From assembly GCA_016207285.1 (NCBI GenBank), contig JACQPW010000033.1:1-55037 (forward strand): a stretch of 55,037 nt of DNA. Direction: 5' to 3'. The notes beneath the pieces are model-generated. The model searched no databases, had not been told where the DNA came from, and was given only the letters and a program-made list of their open reading frames with translations. The stretch is from Candidatus Kerfeldbacteria bacterium (GTDB lineage Bacteria > Patescibacteriota > Patescibacteriia > UBA9570). Within the stretch, counting starts at the first letter, position 1; each line of letters begins with the position of its first letter. Positions 10,801-17,407 of the stretch are shown piece after piece. A program made the translations under genes and the position numbers.

Positions 10801-13229
10801 AAATTAGTATCCAATTTAGTCAGCCGATTACCACGAGTGCTGTCTTTGACTTCAACGATAACGATACTGTATTGGACGAGAATGGAGACGATATTACTGA
10901 CTTTACCGATGACGTGGCTCCTGAAGATATTGAATTTACCGATTATATCCGGTTGCATTACTCAAGTTTTGCTGACACGAGTACGGTCACAAATATTAGC
11001 GACATAGTTTTATCCAATGATGGTACTACGTTAACGTTCGAGCTGAGTCGTGTACTCCGTCATGGCGTAGAGTTTGAGATTATTATCGAAACGGATGATT
11101 ATCGCTCCGGGATTATCGATGCCGAAACTGGGGTGCCGCTAGGCTGTACTACGGAAATGGAGGATGATGGGTTGTGTTACGATGGTTACCTACGATATAC
11201 CTTTACGACCACTTCCTTGACGCAGTACAGTGATTCCTGTTCACCAGCGTATGTGGTGCTGGAAGCGGACAGTGAGGATTTTCAAGATGCCAATTATACC
11301 TTTAGTGAGTCTGAACAGGAAGAAAGCTTTACTGCCACTGTGTATGCAGCCGGCGAGGATCTCTATCCAGATAATGGTACAACAGATGCAGACGCTGATG
11401 GGGTTGATGATGGCGACGATGATCAGCCGATCACCCGGATTGATGATGGGGCGGACGCTGGGTTTGATTGGACGTATGCGTGGGATCCGATCTATGACAC
11501 CATCGAAGATTTAGAAGCCGCTTCTTGCCCGGTAGCTGGTATTATTACGGATGAGGAAGTCGGTAGCTGTAGCTGTGATGTGGAGGAAAGCTGTGATATT
11601 ACCGCTGGTGATGAAACTTGTACGACCAGCAGTGGTGTCAGTTGTTACACCGATTCACCCAATGCCGAATGTGATGCCTTTGATTCTGGCTATGATCCTA
11701 CCGATAACAATTGTGTCTGTACCGTATCCGATAGTTGCACCATCGAAGCAGCCGAAGCTAGTTGTACGGTGGATATTAATGACACTACGGTTACGTGTAC
11801 AACCGATTCTACCGCTACCACACCAGTCTGTGATACTTCCGATACTGGTTGGTCTGATGGCAGTTTTGTGGAAGATACCGATACGCAAACCTTGACCGCC
11901 GATACACCAGATAGTAATGGTAGTAATACCGATACCATTGAGGTGAGGGTAACGGGAGATGGCTCGGTGGAACAAGGTTGGGGTAGCTCTGTACCTGCCG
12001 CCGAAGGGGATGATCTAACGGATAGCATCTTATTTGATCTCTACTATTGTGATGCCAACTACTTGGTCAGTTATTCGAATGCGGACTATAATTTTTACTG
12101 GCGCTATTGTCGTGGTACCGACCCGCAAGATGAAGACTTCTTGCCTGATTTTTCTACGCCGGTGTTTGAACGCAGCGATACAGACATTGATACCGCCTAT
12201 GGTAGCGATCAAGAATTTATTTACGAAGTTGCCTTTAAAGATGCGACAGCCGGGAGCAACGATCCTACCACTAATAATAACTTGGTGGCAGTGCGGGTAT
12301 ACCCCAATGACTTTGATGGTGATTTAACCACCCCAGGGGATAGTGTGAATCCAGATCTGTGGTACTTATTGAATACCAATAATGCGGATGCTTCCTCTAG
12401 CGCCACGACCATTGATGGTTATGATGCGGTCGAGGTGGGTAACACTACCTATGTAGCGGCCACCAACTTAGACGATGGTACTGGTATTGTTTCACCGTAT
12501 ATTTATGTGATTGCCTACAGCAGCGATGCCGATGAGGAGACGACAGCAGTCGTAGCAGCTTTACTAGAAGGCTTTAAGTTCAACCGTAATGATGAACTAT
12601 CCGCTAGTTGTGCTATTGAGAAAGTTGCGCTCATTGCGGATGCCGACCGAGTAACGGATCTAGGAACCATTGCCTATGTATTAAGCAGTTATTATTACAA
12701 TGATACGGATTTGAATGGTACAGATGATTTCCCAGCCCTGGCCAGTGGGTCGTATATTTCTGGATTTACTACCTCTATCTGGCCGTCGTGGAACGATACC
12801 TTTGGTACGCTATTGGGGCAGACCTTAGATACCGATCCTGTGAATGCCTTTGCTGATGCCGAAACCAGTTGCCCGTATGATCCACCAGATTTGTCCGCCG
12901 GCGAAACGACCGGTACGTATTATGATGAAACGGGCACCTGTTGGGATCCAGTGCTAGAAGATTTCTATGGTCCAGCCGATTCAGAGCTCTATCTCTATCA
13001 ATACCATGATGCCGACGATTTTGCGCTCTATACTAACTTAGAATATGATGGCACCGGTAGTTGGATTGAGGCCAAATATGATCCTTGCACCTCCTATTAC
13101 GATGATGGTACAACGGCGACGACGGCTGACGCTATTAGCGCTTACTCTGATAGTGGTTGCGGTACGTTCGATTATATAGTGGAGGATAGCGAAACGACTG
13201 ATAATACCACCTATGACGACCTCTTCTAG
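4812..13229 (+). CDS. giant (2805 aa) membrane-anchored, highly acidic, Cys-rich surface protein with Ig-like (SbsA/Big_5-like) and IPT/TIG-like modules
   Basis: Uninterrupted 8.4-kb ORF whose ATG overlaps the yqeY stop (ATGA). The N-terminus has a signal-like segment plus two TM helices flanking GGFVWMTAQGDEEKLTKAKAIL. IPT/TIG-like segments follow (e.g. SGPPGQYVTIRGSNF...VYFDGVEVEV; SPEAGAVGQPVTIQGCHFG). There are many CxC-containing Cys modules, and the composition is D/E/T/S-rich and K/R-poor. Confidence 0.85.
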   Translation: MNRYKRALQLFLVSASGWVLTTQAAWAQVNTSFDFVLGDTSPIDIIIAIINWTLGILALIAVVIILYGGFVWMTAQGDEEKLTKAKAILRNALIGLVIILASWGIARYIINLFLDLTGATNDEYSTPYEPYESSSGSPFYVDHSNPADGDEDVTLCHIIAVTFSYPLNESSVDSSSFTVTIPEDSVTNPGGGLGNSVSCTSDNQCLSGVCSDAGSCDGDAVAGSFAFSESSYAAVFYPSTDYLSDTTYRVELSTAVEGISPDTGAVYNLTSGDAKRIFTFTTGNTTDDIPPKVDVTDVTPSPDDDEADICLNPTFQVSFSESLDPASPADTNVWLYAAASTPTDSLDLGTIRLTSIGGEADDTIATSPELELSSYTDYGLSLYSGDSTTDTFEGAIYDTCGNPLSGDFDDDMEGSPTDDFVDPASSGLDQAFCSCTTGTDSCNVDIGSSSCDVDADTTCTLDATCSDTSDDYVGFTYQWNFTTGDEPYCLPNVEDITQEDYYYSEDEDPTGDTGSEDTGIVLIEGEYLYPFYDVDFNNNMSAAGMNCFDTDFTSSMSCFVDNIGSTAITVRTPVASQTGRISVENADGADTSADTAIILSPYVRNTSPLSGPPGQYVTIRGSNFIDYDPDDTTSERGHVYFDGVEVEVMCDDGWDDDQIIVRVPDEYVDGDTPLIQVLTVGPDESADTSDDKYSNHEGFTVTSGNPGPGICELDPSCSDSGLDDVAVIGENFGTSGTAYLDPPDADYEAWPASQWDVYNSTYDSQSVVTDGASSPFTAPNDYTLTLGNSEGISNGLDFDITCHDSPQVFQYYQCDLEQDTYYLPNPTGYTDNACVNSVIYFGFTNDMDDATVEANATIYQCNSTATPYDATTCTTSVAGTYVTDYLNAAYLGGDSSDTLDGTDDIDGDGDINEYDAYSGYTFYPDGGLDAAYYYLVTLPVTITNKAGVPLGSEYSWYFAVRDDTANCVADYLALNPAAQRVNSYDSFDACLDQYEYNDTSYSLRARPATSDCLILNDAGDYDWSVTQPVGADILSFGVNDATTTDIAYGTTTTTTTNGYNTVCLEGDDETNDGLATVSAELLDSSDGSVAASDDATIEVDFGFCTQDSDCYTEDCRDTYCDATTSHCAPDIIAFTPNNSTGSDVGPSGCVTLSGCYFGNDQDQEGSCTCTQLEVNDSDTSDNETCSVDEGGYNCLLQDGIQTCSLDADYCALGETCSTESTSANYDLGFFRGCDCTMTDGTDRTCRVEEGYTECVAQGDTETCDSTDSSFVDGGTGSVSFTDAAATDYPASFPSEVICEDIWDNDQVIAQVPGSVAAGDYSLTLNSYYSLTDIYGSAGDDATESDCTVGSNATPCLCRADPDTGRESTTTDLYGEGFDLLTTDGNQEVTFSPSTSRLPADGSEIWTSANFIDEVVVPEGAVSDDEGVQLENDTLALTSNALSFSVSCGSNLDCATGCCSAGQCATAETCNACENSTDCTYGSCLSECADGMCEPYIIDVSPEAGAVGQPVTIQGCHFGTYYNPSTYTTGSKVTVDGITAELACSEVDSWNNLQIIATMPDDIFVDTSDTTADVVVTQVYTSGGAQVAQTSNTAVFSQDESCSEVDLPVLCDATPGYSPLTTSYDVTLEGEQFADEDSGYCTCNTTSLGDCEIAEGSASCTVSATTTYYVNPDFTSETCATTTSNAYSVYDGTLGYCVYTDPDGATTVYLDPEDPTEVCATTTTSADTNGYSTYSATDGYCTYTDPTDATQTCVIAVGNASCSVCTIPVDSSTCSLTASETCYVDEDATSTTCSSSVSNFTNLDGSAEYFNDVTASVDWTQYYDTQYITDVPDGSETGDVLVIATTDAGTQCSSNGLEFPVTCDSCSECGSTRDNLLNCNLDYDPSFGSCTADTAGFCRDEPDSCCNLSSCAYDDSDGTDTGTCAAQPIIQFDDEDADALSDYIESDYSMDAGLQDTDDDDTIDSDEVGVDNGNYALDVIDSATFPTPGQNPVCSNAQISIQFSQPITTSAVFDFNDNDTVLDENGDDITDFTDDVAPEDIEFTDYIRLHYSSFADTSTVTNISDIVLSNDGTTLTFELSRVLRHGVEFEIIIETDDYRSGIIDAETGVPLGCTTEMEDDGLCYDGYLRYTFTTTSLTQYSDSCSPAYVVLEADSEDFQDANYTFSESEQEESFTATVYAAGEDLYPDNGTTDADADGVDDGDDDQPITRIDDGADAGFDWTYAWDPIYDTIEDLEAASCPVAGIITDEEVGSCSCDVEESCDITAGDETCTTSSGVSCYTDSPNAECDAFDSGYDPTDNNCVCTVSDSCTIEAAEASCTVDINDTTVTCTTDSTATTPVCDTSDTGWSDGSFVEDTDTQTLTADTPDSNGSNTDTIEVRVTGDGSVEQGWGSSVPAAEGDDLTDSILFDLYYCDANYLVSYSNADYNFYWRYCRGTDPQDEDFLPDFSTPVFERSDTDIDTAYGSDQEFIYEVAFKDATAGSNDPTTNNNLVAVRVYPNDFDGDLTTPGDSVNPDLWYLLNTNNADASSSATTIDGYDAVEVGNTTYVAATNLDDGTGIVSPYIYVIAYSSDADEETTAVVAALLEGFKFNRNDELSASCAIEKVALIADADRVTDLGTIAYVLSSYYYNDTDLNGTDDFPALASGSYISGFTTSIWPSWNDTFGTLLGQTLDTDPVNAFADAETSCPYDPPDLSAGETTGTYYDETGTCWDPVLEDFYGPADSELYLYQYHDADDFALYTNLEYDGTGSWIEAKYDPCTSYYDDGTTATTADAISAYSDSGCGTFDYIVEDSETTDNTTYDDLF

Positions 13230-13827
13230 CCAAGTAGAGGATATCTTTGCTGACCAAACCGAGGTTTCGTTACCAACTGAACCAGAGCCGCCCGTCCTTG
13301 ATACAGATACTACAGATACGGCGTCCAGTGTTACCCCACTGGTCGCTCCACGGCGGTCGTATGGCCGGCTGATCTTAATCATTGCCAGCTGCTTGTTGGC
13401 TTTGCTATTATTAGGTGGTATTGGGTTTGGTGTTTGGGTCTGGTTGCAGACTCCGCCAGACGATGGAACCAACCTAAGCAATGACAATGTGAACGTGGTT
13501 GTTCCAGTGGTCAATACAAATGACAATACCAATGATCCTGTGGTGGTGACGCCAACCAACACCACGGTGGATGTCACACCTACCTTCGTAGACGTTGACC
13601 ACGATGGTTTGTCCGACGGTGAGGAGTTGATCGTCAACACCAACCCGAAGAAAAAAGATACCGATGAGGATGGTTTGTCTGATCGCGAAGAAGTCCGGGT
13701 CTATAATACTGATCCACGTAATCCAGATACGGATGGAGATGGCTATACTGATGGAGATGAAGTAACGCACTCTTACCACCCCAATAGTTCAGACCCTAAA
13801 AAACGTTTATTCGATTTACCACAATAA
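13213..13827 (+). CDS. single-pass membrane protein with thrombospondin type-3-like Ca-binding repeats
   Basis: 204 aa, overlapping the giant ORF by 17 nt. TM segment LILIIASCLLALLLLGGIGFGVWVWL, an N/V/T low-complexity linker, then DVDHDGLSDGEE, DTDEDGLSDREE and DTDGDGYTDGDE repeats. Confidence 0.65.
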   Translation: MTTSSSQVEDIFADQTEVSLPTEPEPPVLDTDTTDTASSVTPLVAPRRSYGRLILIIASCLLALLLLGGIGFGVWVWLQTPPDDGTNLSNDNVNVVVPVVNTNDNTNDPVVVTPTNTTVDVTPTFVDVDHDGLSDGEELIVNTNPKKKDTDEDGLSDREEVRVYNTDPRNPDTDGDGYTDGDEVTHSYHPNSSDPKKRLFDLPQ

Positions 13828-13838
13828 AAATAAATCCT

Positions 13839-15140
13839 ATGGATTTTCCAAGTGCACCACAACCACAAACCCCGACCACTCCTCCTATGCCACCTGCCTT
13901 CCCGACTCCAAGTCCCGCTCCGGCTCCTACCCCGGTTCCACCGCAACCAATGATGACACCGACCTTTCCAAGCGTGGCTGCTCAACCTGTACAGATTCCG
14001 GTGCAAACGCATGCGGCTGGGCCGATGGGTAGCGATGACCAAATTTATACAATGCCAGAGAAATTTATTCCGGCTAATCAGGCTCCGGTAACCACAGCCA
14101 AACGCCCGCGTAAAACCATGACCATTATCTTAATCGTGGTGATTGTGTTAGCGGTCTTATCTATCATTGGTGGTGTGGCCTTTTATGTTTGGCAAATGAT
14201 GTCGACCGAAACCGTGGTCACGGATGCAAACAATGCTGTGGTGGTGAATACGCCGGTTAATAATGCGAATACTAATAGCGCGAATACCAATTTGGATAAT
14301 GCTAATACTAACGACAATGCCAACGTTGTGAATGTCAATGACGACGATAACGGTAACGACAATGCGAATGCAAACAGCAATGCTAATGACAATGTGAATG
14401 CTGATACCAATACGAATGCGGCTAATACCAACACAGTCAATACAAATACAACCAACACAAACACCACAACAGCTGTGGTTCCGCCTCCCAGTAAGGATAC
14501 CGATCAAGATAGCTTAACCAACGAAGAAGAAAAGATCTGGGGTACCAAAGCTGATTTACCAGACACTGATAGTGACGGCTATAACGACGGTGTTGAAATT
14601 TTGGCTGGTTATGATCCTACCAGTGCTGTGAGTTCTACTCGTTTGTCGGCTAGCGCACTCGTCAGTACCTTTACGAATAGTGAATATAATTATACCTTGC
14701 TCTATCCCAAGAATTGGCTAGCTGAAGGCTTAACTGGTGGTGATGGCAGTGAAATTCTGATTACGCCTAATACGCTAGATTTAACTGGTCAGTTTATTGC
14801 CATTACCGTGGCTGGTAATCCTACCGGGTTTACGGCCGTTGATTGGTATATGGATACCGCCGATGTCACAGAAGCCGAAGTCGAGACCTTTACGACCTTT
14901 GCTGGTCAAACGGGTGCCTGGAGTACCGATCATACTACGGCTTATCTGACTGATACGGACTATGTGTATGCCATTAGTTATCGCTATGGCAATAGTGATA
15001 CCCTTTATTTTCCAGCGACGCATGAGATGATGTTGAAGAGTATGACATTTACCGAAGTAACTACCAAGAAAAAAGATTCCACCAACACTAACGAGAACAC
15101 CAACGAAGATTCCAATACGAATGCCAACGCTAACAATTGA
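13839..15140 (+). CDS. membrane protein: Pro-rich N-terminus, TM, Asn-rich linker, TSP3-like repeats, unknown C-terminal globular domain
   Basis: 433 aa. PQPQTPTTPPMPPAFPTPSPAP region, TM segment MTIILIVVIVLAVLSIIGGVAFYVW, a long NANTN-type low-complexity tract, DTDQDSLTNEEE and DTDSDGYNDGVE repeats, then a ~150-aa non-repetitive domain. Confidence 0.65.
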   Translation: MDFPSAPQPQTPTTPPMPPAFPTPSPAPAPTPVPPQPMMTPTFPSVAAQPVQIPVQTHAAGPMGSDDQIYTMPEKFIPANQAPVTTAKRPRKTMTIILIVVIVLAVLSIIGGVAFYVWQMMSTETVVTDANNAVVVNTPVNNANTNSANTNLDNANTNDNANVVNVNDDDNGNDNANANSNANDNVNADTNTNAANTNTVNTNTTNTNTTTAVVPPPSKDTDQDSLTNEEEKIWGTKADLPDTDSDGYNDGVEILAGYDPTSAVSSTRLSASALVSTFTNSEYNYTLLYPKNWLAEGLTGGDGSEILITPNTLDLTGQFIAITVAGNPTGFTAVDWYMDTADVTEAEVETFTTFAGQTGAWSTDHTTAYLTDTDYVYAISYRYGNSDTLYFPATHEMMLKSMTFTEVTTKKKDSTNTNENTNEDSNTNANANN

Positions 15141-15537
15141 GCTACGGAAGCAAGTAGTGGCACCACAGCTTACTCATCCACTGGTGCAACGAGTGTGGCG
15201 GGCGGTGCAACGTCAGGTGACGGTACCGCAGCGCTGGCAACAGGTGAGTGTGGTGGTTGTAGGTGATACAGCGATGAAGCGTCTGAATCAGCGTTATCGT
15301 CATTCAGCCACTGTGACGGATGTATTGTCTTTTCCGTATGGTGCCGATGGCGGTGAGGTGGTGGTCTGTTATCCACAGGCTAAACGTCAGGCTGCCAGTA
15401 AACAAGTTTCCGTACGGTCTGAACTGGCTTGGTTATTGACTCATGGTTTATTGCATATCTTGGGTTACGATCACGAACTGGCTAAGGACGCTAACGTGAT
15501 GCGTCCACTAGAACAACGTATTTTACAGTATGTTTAA
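15121..15537 (+). CDS. ybeY: rRNA maturation endoribonuclease YbeY
   Basis: 138 aa. The zinc-binding motif HGLLHILGYDHE is diagnostic of the YbeY family. Overlaps the upstream ORF by 20 nt. Confidence 0.85.
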   Translation: MPTLTIELRKQVVAPQLTHPLVQRVWRAVQRQVTVPQRWQQVSVVVVGDTAMKRLNQRYRHSATVTDVLSFPYGADGGEVVVCYPQAKRQAASKQVSVRSELAWLLTHGLLHILGYDHELAKDANVMRPLEQRILQYV

Positions 15538-15892
15538 CTTTAAGAACCAGAGCCAGAGTTTTCGTTATGCCGTGCAAGGTTTACGCTTTGTTTGGCAACA
15601 GGAGCAGAATTTTCGGGTTCAAAGCTTTATAGCGGTCTTGGTGATTATCGCCATGATCCTGTTTCGGGTAACACTCGGTGAAGCTATTATTCTGACCATG
15701 ATGATCGTTTTTGTTTTGGTTTTAGAGGTAGTCAATACTATTTTTGAGAAATTTGTTGATATTTTAAAGCCGCGTTTACACATGTATGTTGGTGTTATTA
15801 AGGATATGATGGCGGCGGCGGTCTTACTGGCCGCCTGTGGAGCAGTAGCCATAGCCTTAATGGTGTTTATTCCATATATTGTGGTACAATAA
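15530..15892 (+). CDS. dgkA: diacylglycerol/undecaprenol kinase (DgkA family)
   Basis: 120 aa, three TM helices. FRYAVQGLRFVWQQEQNFRVQ ... LEVVNTIFEKFVD ... KDMMAAAVLL matches the prokaryotic DAGK pattern. Its position after ybeY is conserved synteny. Confidence 0.8.
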   Translation: MFNFKNQSQSFRYAVQGLRFVWQQEQNFRVQSFIAVLVIIAMILFRVTLGEAIILTMMIVFVLVLEVVNTIFEKFVDILKPRLHMYVGVIKDMMAAAVLLAACGAVAIALMVFIPYIVVQ

Positions 15893-15896
15893 CGCT

Positions 15897-17150
15897 ATGC
15901 CAAAAGGGGACATCATCACTGGTTTAGACATTGGATCAACTACCATCCGTGTTGCCGTCGGTCAAATGAATCCGCATGATAACGATCTGCACATTATTGG
16001 TGCCGCTGAACACCCAGCCGAAGGTATTAATAAAGGGGTAGTGACTAGTATTGAAGATGCCGTTGCTAGTATCTCGGGTGCTTTGGATAAGGTAGAGCGC
16101 ATGACTGGAATCCCCACTGAACGATCGTATGTGAGTGTCAACGGTAGCCATATTGTTTCGCAAGAGAGCCACGGGGTAGTGGCGGTATCCAAGGCGGATG
16201 GCGAGATTCGTGAAGATGATGTGCAACGTGCCATTGAAGCAGCCCAAACGGTAGCTACTCCGCCCAATTATGAAATTCTCCATGTCATCCCACGCCAGTT
16301 TCAGGTCGATAATCAGGCCGGCGTCAAAGACCCGGTAGGGATGACCGGTATTAAACTAGAAGTTGATGCGCAAATTATTCTCGGTCTCACCTCGCAAGTC
16401 AAAAATCTCACTAAGTGTATTTATCGTACGGGCACGGATATTCAGGATCTGGTCTTGGGTGTGCTAGCCGTGAGTGAAGCGGTGCTGACCAAACGACATA
16501 AGGAATTGGGAGTTGCCTTAGTGAACATGGGTGGCCTCACGACTAGTGTAATGGTATTTGAAGAAGGGGATGTGATTCACACCAAAATTTTACCAATTGG
16601 TTCTGGACATATCACTAATGATATTGCGATTGGTTTACGTACCTCGGTGGATGTGGCTGAAATCATTAAGGCACGGTTTGGTACGGCTGTCCCGGGAGAT
16701 GTCGCTAAACATGAAGAAATCGACCTGCGTGAAATTGACCCTACTGAAAATAGCCGGGTATCGCGTAAAGAAGTGGCTGAAATCATCGAAGCGCGCTTAG
16801 AAGAGATTTTTACCATGGTGAACAAAGAGCTAAAATCAATTAATCGTCATGGTATGTTGCCAGCCGGTGTTGTGCTCACGGGTGGCGGCGCTAAACTGAC
16901 CGGAATTGTGGAGGTGGCTAAGAAACTATTTTCCTTACCCGCTTCGATTGGTACCCCCCATAAATTTAAGACGGCTATTGATAAAATTGAAGATCCGGTG
17001 TTTGCTACGGCGCTTGGTTTAGTGATGTGGGGAGAGAATATGCATCAACAAAACAGTAGTGGTGGCAGATTGGCGTCTTTGGCTAGATTTTCGGCGGTGG
17101 GGGATGCCACGACCAAAATGAAGAAGTGGTTCAAGAGCCTTCTACCCTAG
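15897..17150 (+). CDS. ftsA: cell division protein FtsA
   Basis: Actin-like ATPase. GLDIGSTTIRVAVG phosphate-1 motif and VLTGGGAKLTGI; lies upstream of ftsZ. The start is taken at ATG 15897 (Met7 of the listed ORF), just after the dgkA stop. Confidence 0.9.
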   Translation: MPKGDIITGLDIGSTTIRVAVGQMNPHDNDLHIIGAAEHPAEGINKGVVTSIEDAVASISGALDKVERMTGIPTERSYVSVNGSHIVSQESHGVVAVSKADGEIREDDVQRAIEAAQTVATPPNYEILHVIPRQFQVDNQAGVKDPVGMTGIKLEVDAQIILGLTSQVKNLTKCIYRTGTDIQDLVLGVLAVSEAVLTKRHKELGVALVNMGGLTTSVMVFEEGDVIHTKILPIGSGHITNDIAIGLRTSVDVAEIIKARFGTAVPGDVAKHEEIDLREIDPTENSRVSRKEVAEIIEARLEEIFTMVNKELKSINRHGMLPAGVVLTGGGAKLTGIVEVAKKLFSLPASIGTPHKFKTAIDKIEDPVFATALGLVMWGENMHQQNSSGGRLASLARFSAVGDATTKMKKWFKSLLP

Positions 17151-17166
17151 GTACTCATTAAAAAAT

Positions 17167-17227
17167 AAATTTCCCTTGCGCTTAACGAAGACTAAGTCGC
17201 TTAAGGGAAATTTATTCTTTAATTTTT
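17167..17227 (+). terminator. intrinsic terminator after ftsA
   Basis: Long hairpin: AAATTTCCCTT (17167-17177) pairs with AAGGGAAATTT (17203-17213), with further inner pairing (GCG/CGC, CTTA/TAAG). It is followed by the T-rich tail ATTCTTTAATTTTT. Confidence 0.6.
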
Positions 17228-17236
17228 CTCCAAAAA

Positions 17237-17299
17237 ATCCGGCAGACTGTGTTGGAACGACTTAGGTCCTCCGTTAAGTGAGAACACAGTCTGCTGGAT
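17237..17299 (+). promoter_or_regulatory. 63-nt strand-specific RNA hairpin of unknown function in the ftsA-ftsZ spacer
   Basis: ATCCGGCAGACTGTGTT (17237-17253) pairs with AACACAGTCTGCTGGAT (17283-17299). The single non-Watson-Crick position is G-U on the + strand RNA but C-A on the - strand. The 29-nt loop has its own pairing potential. Confidence 0.4.
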
Positions 17300-17315
17300 T
17301 CAATGTGTGCAGCAT

Positions 17316-17332
17316 GAATACAAATTGTATTC
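17316..17332. promoter_or_regulatory. palindromic candidate operator upstream of the ftsZ promoter
   Basis: GAATACAAATTGTATTC: 7-bp arms around a 3-nt centre, ending 6 nt upstream of the TTGACG -35 element. Confidence 0.35.
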
Positions 17333-17338
17333 AATATA

Positions 17339-17367
17339 TTGACGTAATCTTGAATAGCAAGTAGTAT
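17339..17367 (+). promoter_or_regulatory. candidate sigma70-like promoter for ftsZ
   Basis: TTGACG (17339-17344), 17-nt spacer, TAGTAT (17362-17367), about 40 nt upstream of the ftsZ ATG. Confidence 0.4.
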
Positions 17368-17407
17368 AGATACTTGTAAGTTTAGCATTGAACAAAATAA
17401 GTGTTTT

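Noticed and set aside
5173-13643. About 25 short ORFs on both strands inside the giant gene (e.g. 8055-8414 -, 11690-12028 -, 13038-13643 -)
   Set aside because: They are alternative-frame or antisense shadows of an 8.4-kb biased-composition ORF. Their translations are low-complexity (I/T/R/G or S/V/T runs), with no independent signals.
15879-15896. Upstream ATG (15879) as the ftsA start
   Set aside because: It would overlap dgkA, and the first six residues (MWYNNA) precede the conserved FtsA N-terminus. ATG 15897, directly after the dgkA stop, is preferred.
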